Shown piece after piece: positions 22,576 through 31,438 of a stretch of 43,243 bases of DNA. The notes under the pieces were generated by a model. It saw only the letters and a list, made by a program, of their open reading frames with translations, was not told the DNA's origin and searched no databases. The position numbers were made by a program, and so were the translations under genes. Position 1 is the first letter of the stretch. The number at the start of each line of letters is the position of its first letter. Source of the DNA: Candidatus Falkowbacteria bacterium (GTDB lineage Bacteria > Patescibacteriota > Patescibacteriia > Patescibacteriales > UBA12465); assembly GCA_903937325.1 (NCBI GenBank), contig CAIZYV010000065.1, positions 1 to 43,243 on the forward strand, given 5' to 3'.

Positions 22576-23598
22576 TTAAGACTGAAAACCGCGCAGACGC
22601 TTCTGGGCTTGTAAAGAAAAAATTGTTTTCTTTAAACCATTTTCTAGCGTCACAACCGGCATCCAATTCAAAGATTCTTTAGCTAAAGAAATATTAGGCA
22701 AAACCAACTCACTAATAAAAAGACGGCTGTCAGCATAAATTATTTTCGATTCAGAATTTGTTTCTCGAATAATCATCATCGCTAAATCGGTGAAATTAAC
22801 ATCAACATCGGAACCGATATTTATCGGCCCAGCCTGTTTTGAATCCATAAATTTCAGCGCTGCATCAATAACATCTTCAATATAACAGAAAGAAGAAGAA
22901 AAACGATCATCGCCAAAAATACACAAATCTTTGCCGTCTAAAGCATTATTAATAAAATCAGGAATCATTTGATCATCATTAAGTTCCATCCGCGGACCAT
23001 AAACCCGAAAAAGTCTAATTATTTTAGTATCTAACTGAAAAATATCGCGATAGTTACTAATTAAAGTCTCGGCAAAGCGCTTGCCCTCATCATAAGAGCT
23101 GCGCGCCGATAAATGATCAAAAGAACCAAGTTCATTTTCATCAACTTTGCGATCAAAATCCTCAACAGAACGGGGACCGTAAACAACCGAAGAAGAAAAG
23201 TGCAGGAATTTCGCTTTTGTTGCTACCGCAAGATTTAATAAATTAACTAAGCCCACAGAATTAACTGCTAAAGTTGCCAGGCGATTATCTAAAAAATAAC
23301 GCGGTGACATCGGGCAAGCTAAATTATATATTTCCTGCAAGCCCTGAAATTCCAGCTTAAATTTTTTCAATTCCGGTAAATTAAGCCAATCGATTGTTTT
23401 TGTTATATCCTGATTAATAAAAACAAAATCGGAATTAGAAAGAAGATGGTCAATATTGCCCTCACTGCCGGTAGAAAAATTATCGACACAAATTACCTTG
23501 CAGGTCTTAAGCAATTCATCGCACAAATGCGAGCCGATAAAACCGGCGCCACCGGCGACCAACACATTTTTCTTGTCAAAAATTACTTGTTTAGACAT
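22576..23598 (-). CDS. Extended-SDR NDP-sugar enzyme, UDP-glucuronate decarboxylase (UXS)-like
   Basis: VAGGAGFIGSHLCDELL, DNFSTG, and the SSS...YDEGKRFAE catalytic Ser/Tyr/Lys. The start is placed at ATG 23598 (MSKQVIF). The longer track ORF would overlap the upstream gene. Confidence 0.7.
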   Translation of the reverse strand: MSKQVIFDKKNVLVAGGAGFIGSHLCDELLKTCKVICVDNFSTGSEGNIDHLLSNSDFVFINQDITKTIDWLNLPELKKFKLEFQGLQEIYNLACPMSPRYFLDNRLATLAVNSVGLVNLLNLAVATKAKFLHFSSSVVYGPRSVEDFDRKVDENELGSFDHLSARSSYDEGKRFAETLISNYRDIFQLDTKIIRLFRVYGPRMELNDDQMIPDFINNALDGKDLCIFGDDRFSSSFCYIEDVIDAALKFMDSKQAGPINIGSDVDVNFTDLAMMIIRETNSESKIIYADSRLFISELVLPNISLAKESLNWMPVVTLENGLKKTIFSLQAQKRLRGFQS

Positions 23599-23602
23599 AT
23601 TA

Positions 23603-25630
23603 TTAATTAATAAAGTCGAAAATGCCGACATTGACACCGCCGGTAAAATCAACAGCAAAAGCATAAAAAGATTCTTTGAGCTCACCTAGGCCACTAAAAA
23701 CGCGGACATGAGGAGTGGCCCCAGGACGAGTACCCACCACGATATCCGCCCGACCATCGTTATCTAAATCACCAGCGGCCACATTAACGCCTCCTTGCCA
23801 ATTACGGCCATAGACCAAAAAAGATTTTTTTAATACGGCTTTATTGGAAAATATTTTTAAAAGTGGTTCTCTGCCCGGGCCAGGAGCAACAATAATTTCC
23901 GCCTTATTACGATCCGCTCGACCATCAAGATTTGCTACTGCTACTTGAACGCCTCCACGAAAACTTTTTTCAAAAGCTAAAAATTGACCCTGTAAATAGC
24001 CACGGCGATCAAAAATTTTAATATCGGAAGAGCCTCCCTGACCACGCCCGACAACAATTTCCGCCGCACCTTGGCCATCTATATTACCGGCGGCAACGTT
24101 AACTCCGCCACGAAAACTTTCTTCAAAAGCAAAAAATTGTCCTTTCAGGCGACCCTTATGATCAAAGATACGGACATGGGGACCACCGCCAGCACCAGCG
24201 CCAACAATAATTTCCGCCAAACCATCATCATTTACATCAGCCAGGGCTAAGCTAAAACCGCCTTTAAAACGGCGATCAAAAACTAAGAAACGGCCACGAT
24301 GCTTGCCATCCGGACCATAGATATCAACGAAAGGTTCTTGACCGGCAGAAGCAGCTATCACCAATTCACTTTCATTATTACCATCAACGTCACCGGAAGC
24401 AAAAACACCATTACTAAAAAGATTTAAAGAGCGGCGCTCTAAAATAATACCACTTTTATCACTGATTATTATCTCCGAACTACTAGCAGCCACTACTGGA
24501 CTAAAAACTAAACGGCCAAGGCGAGCATACAAACGCTCCTGAGCAGCGGACAAAGCACGATCAAGATTTATACGACCAGAACCCAATTGACTCAAATAGG
24601 TGGGATTAAGTCGGCTAATATTGTCAGTCGACTGCAACAAAACGGTCACAATTTCCGTTGGACTAAGTTGAGGATTAATTTCCGCTATTAAAGCCAAGGA
24701 ACCGCTGATAACTGGAGCAGCCATAGAAGTCCCTGACCAAAAGCCATCATAATATTTATCTCTTTCTTTAGGGTTGCCGCCGTAAGTTATGGTGCTAAAA
24801 AAACTAACCCCTGGAGCAGCAATATCGACACATTTAAAACCATAGCTGGAAAAATCAGCTTTTTGATCTAAAGCATCAGTAGCTGCCACACCAATTACCA
24901 TATTCTCTCCGTTCTTACCGTCATAACAAGCCGGATAAATCGGATTTTTATCAGTATTATAGCCTTCGCCATCAGACTGCTCATTACCAGCGGCAGCAAC
25001 AACAATCACTCCAGCGTCATAAGCGCGCTGGATGGCATCTTGTAGAGCTTGGCTGTAACTAAAACCGACAAAGCTTAAATTAATAATATCAGCGCCATTA
25101 TGAACGGCGTAATCAATAGCGCGAACCACAGCGCCAATACGCCCCTCACCGCGGTCATTTAAGGCTCGTAAAGACATGAGTTTCGCCCGCCAAGTTAAAC
25201 CGGTAATTCCCTGCCGATTATTGCCAGTAGCCGCAATAATGCCGGCAACCATCGTGCCGTGAGAAATACCAGATTCTGTCCAATTGTCATCAAACTTAGG
25301 TGAAGGGTCAGGAATATTTTGTACAAAATCCCAGCCGTTTATATCGTCAATAAAACCATTACGATCGTCATCAATTTTATTGCCAACCACTTCACGCTCA
25401 TTAATCCAGATATTATCTTTTAAATCAGGATGATTCGTTTGTACGCCAGCATCAACAACGGCAATAATAATATCAGGACTGCGATTAATTTTTTCCCAAG
25501 CCGCCGGCGCTTTAATACGAGCAAGATACCACTGCTGATTATAGTAATAATCATTAGGCAAAAAGCTGGCTCCGGCAACCGGAACCACAAGAAATAAAAA
25601 TGCAAAAAAAGATGCCACGAATCGTTTCAT
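23603..25630 (-). CDS. Secreted subtilisin-family (S8) serine protease fused to a C-terminal FG-GAP-type beta-propeller
   Basis: Signal peptide MKRFVASFFAFLFLVVPVAGA. Triad D60 (AVVDAGV), H124 (SHGTMVAG) and S302 (GTSMAAP), with oxyanion N216 (AAGNE). Residues 408-675 hold about 5.2 repeats of the form GG-V-x-V-A-x-G-D/N-x-D-G-x-x-E-I-V-V-G...F. Confidence 0.8.
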   Translation of the reverse strand: MKRFVASFFAFLFLVVPVAGASFLPNDYYYNQQWYLARIKAPAAWEKINRSPDIIIAVVDAGVQTNHPDLKDNIWINEREVVGNKIDDDRNGFIDDINGWDFVQNIPDPSPKFDDNWTESGISHGTMVAGIIAATGNNRQGITGLTWRAKLMSLRALNDRGEGRIGAVVRAIDYAVHNGADIINLSFVGFSYSQALQDAIQRAYDAGVIVVAAAGNEQSDGEGYNTDKNPIYPACYDGKNGENMVIGVAATDALDQKADFSSYGFKCVDIAAPGVSFFSTITYGGNPKERDKYYDGFWSGTSMAAPVISGSLALIAEINPQLSPTEIVTVLLQSTDNISRLNPTYLSQLGSGRINLDRALSAAQERLYARLGRLVFSPVVAASSSEIIISDKSGIILERRSLNLFSNGVFASGDVDGNNESELVIAASAGQEPFVDIYGPDGKHRGRFLVFDRRFKGGFSLALADVNDDGLAEIIVGAGAGGGPHVRIFDHKGRLKGQFFAFEESFRGGVNVAAGNIDGQGAAEIVVGRGQGGSSDIKIFDRRGYLQGQFLAFEKSFRGGVQVAVANLDGRADRNKAEIIVAPGPGREPLLKIFSNKAVLKKSFLVYGRNWQGGVNVAAGDLDNDGRADIVVGTRPGATPHVRVFSGLGELKESFYAFAVDFTGGVNVGIFDFIN
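23606..24409 (-). repeat. In-frame coding repeats of about 150 bp (FG-GAP blades), partly conserved at the DNA level
   Basis: For example, ccacgaaaactttYttcaaaagcWaaaaattg recurs near 23955 and 24108. Blades begin at about aa 408, 458, 509, 560, 614 and 665. Confidence 0.7.
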
Positions 25631-25726
25631 AACATCTCCATCATAACATATTTGCCTATTTATTCAAAGATTTTTTCCGACCTTATAATATATTTATCTC
25701 TCTTATAATAACAGGTATTTATCGTC

Positions 25727-26938
25727 TTATTTTTCCTCCAAAATCGATAATGTCTCTCGGGCCGACTGTTCCCAACTAAAATGAGACACTTGCTGCAAAC
25801 CTTGAGCTGATAGAGATTTAGACAAAGATTCATCTTTATAAATCCTTGTCATAGCACTAGCAATCGCCTGCTTATCGCGAGGGTTAAAATAAAGGGCGGC
25901 TTCACCGGCTATCTCTCTTAAAACTGGTAAGTCGGATAAAAGCGCTGGGACTCCGCAGGCCATGGCTTGCAAAGCCGGAATACCAAAGCCCTCATGCAAA
26001 GTAGGAAAAACAAAAGCCCGGGCAGAACTGAAGATGGCCGGTAAATCTTCTTCCACCACCCAACCAGGCATCATAACTGATCGCCCAAGATCATATTCTT
26101 CAATAATATATTTGACTTCATCATAACCAAAACCGGCGTTACCAATCATCACTAATTTAACGTCGCTCGAAGGATTAACTTCTTTAAAAATGGCAAAAGC
26201 TTCGACTAAAGCCGCGGTATTTTTCTTCTTTTCTAAGCGGCCAACATAAAGAAAAAAAGGCTCATCGAGGCTATATTTTTCTAAAATTTTCCGACGTTGA
26301 GGATTGTCTGACCAAGGCTGATACAAATCACGGGGATAACCGTTATGCACCATTCTAATTTTATCAGCATATTTATCCGTATAAATATCAATTATTTCTT
26401 GTTTAGTAAAAGAGGAAACAGCGATAATTCGAAATGCATGCCGTAAAGCATAAGCAGTCGACCAGATTAAATAATCAAGAGAATTAGAGTTAAAACGACC
26501 GCAAGTAAACAGACGGATGATAAAATTAAAAAAACGCTTGAGCCATTCAGTCTCCAGGCGAACACCTTTCTTCTGGTATAAATCGCTTTCACGCGCAAAA
26601 GCGATATCATGAATAGTGTTGACCGTCCGACGCGGATGAATTAAAGGTAAGGAATGAGCAGGAACAAAAAGAACATCAGGAGCATGCATTAGCATTTCCC
26701 AAGATAAACGCCCTAAAGTCCAAAAATAAGGCCATGGCCAACGTAAAATTTGTAAACGAAAATTTGGATAAGCTTTTAAAGCAGCGGCTAAATCATTAGC
26801 CGGCGCCTTATCCAAATATAAAATATATTGATTGTTCCGATCAATGGCGGCCAAGTTTAAAATGATATAAAAAGAATACCATTCCGTCCCGGTGCGCAAA
26901 GAACGATTGGCGCGCGACGCGTCAATGCCAATAATCAT
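25727..26938 (-). CDS. Family 4 (GT-B) glycosyltransferase
   Basis: YVGRLEKKKN and EGFGIPALQAMACGVPALLSD form the E-x7-E region. It starts 13 nt after the mreB-paralogue stop. Confidence 0.8.
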   Translation of the reverse strand: MIIGIDASRANRSLRTGTEWYSFYIILNLAAIDRNNQYILYLDKAPANDLAAALKAYPNFRLQILRWPWPYFWTLGRLSWEMLMHAPDVLFVPAHSLPLIHPRRTVNTIHDIAFARESDLYQKKGVRLETEWLKRFFNFIIRLFTCGRFNSNSLDYLIWSTAYALRHAFRIIAVSSFTKQEIIDIYTDKYADKIRMVHNGYPRDLYQPWSDNPQRRKILEKYSLDEPFFLYVGRLEKKKNTAALVEAFAIFKEVNPSSDVKLVMIGNAGFGYDEVKYIIEEYDLGRSVMMPGWVVEEDLPAIFSSARAFVFPTLHEGFGIPALQAMACGVPALLSDLPVLREIAGEAALYFNPRDKQAIASAMTRIYKDESLSKSLSAQGLQQVSHFSWEQSARETLSILEEK

Positions 26939-26951
26939 AAGATGAAAAAAT

Positions 26952-27959
26952 CTATTTAGTCGCTAAAATACTCCGCTTATAGGAATCAAGATTGTCTAAG
27001 GCAATACCTGTGCCTTTCACTACACAAAGCAAGGCGTCGTCGGCAACATAGGCAGGCACGCCGGTAGCACGGGAAACAAGCTGATCCATATTGCGCAGTA
27101 AGGAACTCCCACCAGAAAGAATAATACCTTTATCCATAATATCAGCCGATAATTCTGGAGGTGTTTTTTGTAGAACTCTCTTAGCGGCAGAGATAATCGC
27201 TTCTAGCTCAGTCTGAATCGCTTCGGTAACATCATCACTGGAAACAGTAATACTACGAGGCAAGCCAGTCACAATATCTCGCCCGCGTATTTCCATATAT
27301 AATTTATCTTCTATATATAAAGCGGAACCAATATTAATTTTTATTTCTTCAGCTGTTCGCTCACCGATAGCCAGATTATATTTCTTGCGGACATGTTCTA
27401 AAATAGCGGCGTCAAATTTATTACCACCGACACGAACAGAAGTCGAAGCGACAATACCACCTAAAGAAATTACGGCCATTTCAGCTGTTCCGCCACCAAT
27501 ATCAATAATCATATGACCAGTAGCGGAACCAATAGGAATATCGGCACCAATAGCGGCAGCAATCGGTTCTTTAATAATATAAGCAGCTTTAGCACCAGCA
27601 GCAATCGTTGCTTCGATAACGGCACGGCGCTCAGTCGAAGAGATGCCGGCCGGCACTGCTACCATAACTTCCGGACGAAATAAGCGAATGCCACCTAAAG
27701 TTTTATTGATAAAATAACGAATCATTGCTTCAGTAGTTCGATAATCAGCAATCACTCCGTCTTTCAAAGGACGGGCAGCAACAATAGTATCAGGCGTGCG
27801 GCCGAGCATATCTTTGGCCTCATTACCGACAGCTAAAATTTTATTATCTTCTAAAGAAACGGCAACAACGGAAGGCTCATTAATAACAATACCCCGGCGC
27901 GGCAAATGCACCAAGGTATAAGTTGTCCCGAGATCGATGCCGATACGTTTTATAAACAT
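26952..27959 (-). CDS. mreB: Actin-like MreB paralogue (second copy)
   Basis: IGIDLGTTYTLV, NEPSVVAV, DIGGGTAEMAVISLGG and ILSGGSSLLRNMD, which together form a full actin-fold ATPase motif set. Confidence 0.85.
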   Translation of the reverse strand: MFIKRIGIDLGTTYTLVHLPRRGIVINEPSVVAVSLEDNKILAVGNEAKDMLGRTPDTIVAARPLKDGVIADYRTTEAMIRYFINKTLGGIRLFRPEVMVAVPAGISSTERRAVIEATIAAGAKAAYIIKEPIAAAIGADIPIGSATGHMIIDIGGGTAEMAVISLGGIVASTSVRVGGNKFDAAILEHVRKKYNLAIGERTAEEIKINIGSALYIEDKLYMEIRGRDIVTGLPRSITVSSDDVTEAIQTELEAIISAAKRVLQKTPPELSADIMDKGIILSGGSSLLRNMDQLVSRATGVPAYVADDALLCVVKGTGIALDNLDSYKRSILATK

Positions 27960-28018
27960 AAATTAAACAAAAATCAAACAAAAAATTTAAAAAGCGATCT
28001 TATTTTCAATGATTCTTT

Positions 28019-28047
28019 ATATTATCCCAAATAAGCCTAAGTGTCAA
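28019..28047 (-). promoter_or_regulatory. Sigma70-like promoter for the mreB-paralogue operon
   Basis: The minus strand reads TTGACA (28047-28042), a 17-nt spacer, then TAATAT (28024-28019). This is about 55 nt upstream of the ATG at 27959. Confidence 0.5.
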
Positions 28048-28078
28048 AACAGTCGGCTAAAATTAGCGGCATTTTTCC

Positions 28079-28507
28079 CTATTCTTCGTAAGTATCAGCC
28101 GCATCTTCTTCTTCCTCTTTAGCTTGATTGCCAATAATTTTCTTTACCTTTTCAGCAAACTCATAAGTATCAAATTCTTCCTTAATAAAATAATAATCGG
28201 CCCCCATTTCTAAACTCCTTTTTTTACTATCTTCATCACTTAAATCAGTAAAAATAAAAATTGGTAAATCACCTAACTCATCATCTTCCCTTACCCGTTT
28301 AACTACCTCAAAACCATCTAATTTTGGTAATATTAAATCCAAAATCAAATAATCAGGAGCAAAATCACGTACTTTGTCCAAGAGCTCTTCAATTTCATCC
28401 TCACCCTCATTTACTTCTACTACAAATTCATCAGCACTAAGCTGCGCCTCTAGACCATAGAGAATATTGACATCATCTTCGAGAATAAAAATTTTTTTGC
28501 TTGACAT
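28079..28507 (-). CDS. Stand-alone response-regulator receiver domain with an acidic C-terminal tail
   Basis: CheY-like residues E10/D11/D12, D57 (LILDLILP), T87 and K109. The tail is KEEEEDAADTYEE. There is no output domain and no histidine kinase in the window. Confidence 0.8.
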   Translation of the reverse strand: MSSKKIFILEDDVNILYGLEAQLSADEFVVEVNEGEDEIEELLDKVRDFAPDYLILDLILPKLDGFEVVKRVREDDELGDLPIFIFTDLSDEDSKKRSLEMGADYYFIKEEFDTYEFAEKVKKIIGNQAKEEEEDAADTYEE

Positions 28508-28525
28508 ATGTTTGACGATCTGAGG

Positions 28526-28545
28526 CTGTCATGAAAAAATGACAG
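28526..28545 (-). promoter_or_regulatory. Perfect 7-bp hairpin in the 5' region of the receiver-domain gene
   Basis: CTGTCAT-gaaaaa-ATGACAG lies 18 nt upstream of the ATG at 28507. No T-run follows on the minus strand, so it is not a canonical terminator. Confidence 0.3.
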
Positions 28546-28569
28546 ATACAAAAATAAATCTATCTAATT

Positions 28570-29544
28570 TTATGAATTAATTTTCTTTAAAGGGCGCCAC
28601 CAGCTTTCATTTTGCCGGTACCAGTCTACTGTATCCGCCAAACCTTGTTCGAAAGAAATTTGTGGCGACCAGCCCAATTCCTTAGAAGCTTTGCTAAAAT
28701 CAATGGCATAACGCAAATCATGGCCAGGACGATCACCAACATGTTCAATAAAACTTTCATCTCTACCTGTTAAATTCAGTATTTGTTTAGTAATTACCAA
28801 ATTACTGCGTTCACTATCGCCACCTAAACAATAAGTTTCACCTATCCGTCCTTTACGTAGAATCAAATCAACACCACGATTATGATCATTAACATGAATC
28901 CAGTCACGGATGTTACCGCCCTGACCATACACCGGAACCTTGCGGCCGTCAATCAAATTAGTAATAAACAAAGGAATCAACTTTTCCGGATATTGATAAG
29001 GGCCGTAATTATTAGAACAATTAGAAATCGTCACCGGTAAGCGATGAGTATGATAATAAGCGCGGACTAAATGATCGGCGGCAGCTTTAGAAGCACTATA
29101 AGGAGATCGCGGATCATAGGCGGTGCTTTCCTGAAAACGAGGACTATCAAAAGATAAAGAACCAAAAACTTCATCGGTAGAAATATGATGAAAACGAATG
29201 CCACCATGCTTCTTAGCGGCCTCAAGTAAAACGCGCGTGCCCTCAATATTAGTTCGGACAAAAGCGGCGCTGTTTAAAATAGAACGGTCAACATGACTTT
29301 CGGCCGCAAAATGAACGATAGCATCCACACCAACCATCAAACTATCAACTAACTCGATATCAGCAATATCACCGTGCACAAAGCGATAATTCGGCTTATC
29401 CGCGATAGTTTTTAAATTTTCCAAATTACCAGCGTAAGTTAAGGCATCCAGATTAATGATATCATCATCAGGATAAGTATTAAGCCAGTAATGAATAAAA
29501 TTAGCGCCGATAAAGCCGGCGCCACCGGTAACTAATAATTTCAT
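28570..29544 (-). CDS. rfbB: dTDP-glucose 4,6-dehydratase
   Basis: MKLLVTGGAGFIGANF, STDEVFG and YSASKAAADHLVRAY. The length (324 aa) and C-terminus are typical of RmlB. Confidence 0.85.
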   Translation of the reverse strand: MKLLVTGGAGFIGANFIHYWLNTYPDDDIINLDALTYAGNLENLKTIADKPNYRFVHGDIADIELVDSLMVGVDAIVHFAAESHVDRSILNSAAFVRTNIEGTRVLLEAAKKHGGIRFHHISTDEVFGSLSFDSPRFQESTAYDPRSPYSASKAAADHLVRAYYHTHRLPVTISNCSNNYGPYQYPEKLIPLFITNLIDGRKVPVYGQGGNIRDWIHVNDHNRGVDLILRKGRIGETYCLGGDSERSNLVITKQILNLTGRDESFIEHVGDRPGHDLRYAIDFSKASKELGWSPQISFEQGLADTVDWYRQNESWWRPLKKINS

Positions 29545-29547
29545 AAA

Positions 29548-29943
29548 TTATGATTTTAAACGGGCACTAATTTCTTCGGCTTCACCAGAATTATAAGGAG
29601 CCGAGGGCCAAAGATTAAGATTATCACCAGACTGACGAGGAATGACATGAAAGTGAAGATGAGGGACGGTTTGCCCAGACACAGAATCATTATTTTCTGT
29701 AACATTATAACCGCCATAACCAAGTTTATCTTTCAATAAGAGACCCATTTTTTTAACAACAATAATCAGGGCGCTGAGATCTTCTTCGGAAACTTCCTCA
29801 ATATTAAGTACGTGCTTCTTAGGCAAAACGAGCATATGACCAGGAAAAACAGGGCTAATATCTAACATAGCGAGAACCTTTTCATCCTCATATATTTTAT
29901 AACTTGAAATATCGCCGGCTATGATTTGACAAAAAATACACAT
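29548..29943 (-). CDS. HIT-family (Hint-branch) nucleotide hydrolase/transferase
   Basis: N-terminal CIFCQI and the histidine triad HLHFHVIP. Confidence 0.8.
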   Translation of the reverse strand: MCIFCQIIAGDISSYKIYEDEKVLAMLDISPVFPGHMLVLPKKHVLNIEEVSEEDLSALIIVVKKMGLLLKDKLGYGGYNVTENNDSVSGQTVPHLHFHVIPRQSGDNLNLWPSAPYNSGEAEEISARLKS

Positions 29944-29967
29944 AAATTAAAAAATTAACGACAGTAT

Positions 29968-30417
29968 TTATATTTTATACGGGCTATTTGGATCTATTTC
30001 CCAGCGAATTTCATCTATCTCTTCCTTTTTCAAAATACCTTTATACAACTTATCCGGAAAATTAATGGACAGAGCCGACGTTTCAGAAATACATTGATAA
30101 CCGTGCACAACGCCCGGAGGCACAAGCACTGAACAAGGATTATCCTCCCCTACTTCAATTTCCATCTTCTCGCCGAAAGTCTTAGATTCAGCCCGACGAT
30201 CCCAAAGGTGTAAGCGAAAACGACCGGGACCAATAAAAATAAAATAATCGCTCTGATAGACATGCTCATGCGGGCCACGAATAACGCCGGGCAAAGTTAA
30301 GCTGACATAAGACATTGCCGGAGCCGAATCAAGTTCATCGCGCCGATAAATTTCCGTTAACCAACCGCGCTCATCCTCATATTTCTTGAGTTCCCTAACA
30401 ATAACGCCGCTTATCAT
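29968..30417 (-). CDS. Short RmlC-like cupin (dTDP-4-dehydrorhamnose 3,5-epimerase-like)
   Basis: YEDERGWLTEIYR, GVIRGPHEH and PPGVVHGYQC resemble the RmlC D-x-RG-x-F-x-E, RG-x-H and HGF blocks. It is only 149 aa. Confidence 0.55.
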   Translation of the reverse strand: MISGVIVRELKKYEDERGWLTEIYRRDELDSAPAMSYVSLTLPGVIRGPHEHVYQSDYFIFIGPGRFRLHLWDRRAESKTFGEKMEIEVGEDNPCSVLVPPGVVHGYQCISETSALSINFPDKLYKGILKKEEIDEIRWEIDPNSPYKI

Positions 30418-30423
30418 AAATAT

Positions 30424-31407
30424 TTATTTTATTTTTCTTAAATCTAAGAGTCCGCTCTGCGCGCCGAAATGAGCAATTTTCGAAGCAGCGTTCCTCGCTC
30501 CCAAGTATAATGACTTTTTTATATCACCCCGGCTAAGTATCATGCCAATCAAGAAAGAAGAATTAAAAACATCACCAACGCCAGTGACATCTACGCGCTT
30601 TTTTTCTTTAATTATGTCTTGATGGTAAAAATTACGACCGTCATAAACATCAGCTCCTTCTTGTCCACTGGTGATTAAAACAATATTAGGACCAGCCGCT
30701 TTTAAAATAGGCAAAATATTTTTTACATCTTTAAAAAAATCCAAACCTTTACGACGATAAGAAGCCGAACTTAAAACCAATTCAAGTGCTTCATCCTTAT
30801 TAACGCATAAAATTTCGGTACGCTTCAAGAAGGGAGATAATTTTTTTAAACCAAGCTTATATTGACTTGCCCCCGGGTTCCAAACAATTTTTGGTTTTTT
30901 TGCAGAAAAAATCTGCTTAGCCGTCTTTTGCCAATTACCAGATAAAGAGGCTAAATAAATATATTCCGTCTGTTCTAATAAAGCTTTTTCCTTAAGACTG
31001 ATGGCCAAATTTTCGTTGGCTAAACGATTACTAAAAATAATACGCTCGCCTTCATCTGACACCAGAATAAAAGATAAACCGGTGAACGCTGATGGACTAA
31101 TAGACATCAGAGAAGTCGCCACACCTCGGCCTTTTAAATTAGCTAAAACCGCTCGGCCGCTTTCATCTCCTCCGATATTAGCCAAACAAGCCACCTTAAA
31201 ACCTGAATTGGCAAAATTTACAGCTGCATTAGCGGCGCCACCACCGAAAAGGTGATGGAAACTATTAACTTTAATCTTCGCTCCGTATTCAAAAGCTAAT
31301 AATTTCTGACGCAAAAGATCGCGATGATTATCGATCATAATGCCATCAGAAGTTAAAAAAACAATATCGCGAGTCGCCCCGCCGATACTAATAAAATTAT
31401 ATTTCAT
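30424..31407 (-). CDS. PfkB/ribokinase-family carbohydrate kinase
   Basis: PfkB signature 1 is GGGAANAAVNFA. Signature 2 is DVTGVGDVFNSSF. Confidence 0.75.
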   Translation of the reverse strand: MKYNFISIGGATRDIVFLTSDGIMIDNHRDLLRQKLLAFEYGAKIKVNSFHHLFGGGAANAAVNFANSGFKVACLANIGGDESGRAVLANLKGRGVATSLMSISPSAFTGLSFILVSDEGERIIFSNRLANENLAISLKEKALLEQTEYIYLASLSGNWQKTAKQIFSAKKPKIVWNPGASQYKLGLKKLSPFLKRTEILCVNKDEALELVLSSASYRRKGLDFFKDVKNILPILKAAGPNIVLITSGQEGADVYDGRNFYHQDIIKEKKRVDVTGVGDVFNSSFLIGMILSRGDIKKSLYLGARNAASKIAHFGAQSGLLDLRKIK

Positions 31408-31438
31408 AAAATTAAAACTGCTAACATAATAACATAAA

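Noticed and set aside
23606-24409. DNA repeats of about 150 bp considered as a mobile-element remnant or a DGR variable region.
   Set aside because: The repeats are in frame and correspond one-to-one to FG-GAP-like protein blades. No reverse transcriptase, template repeat, transposase or terminal inverted repeats are present.
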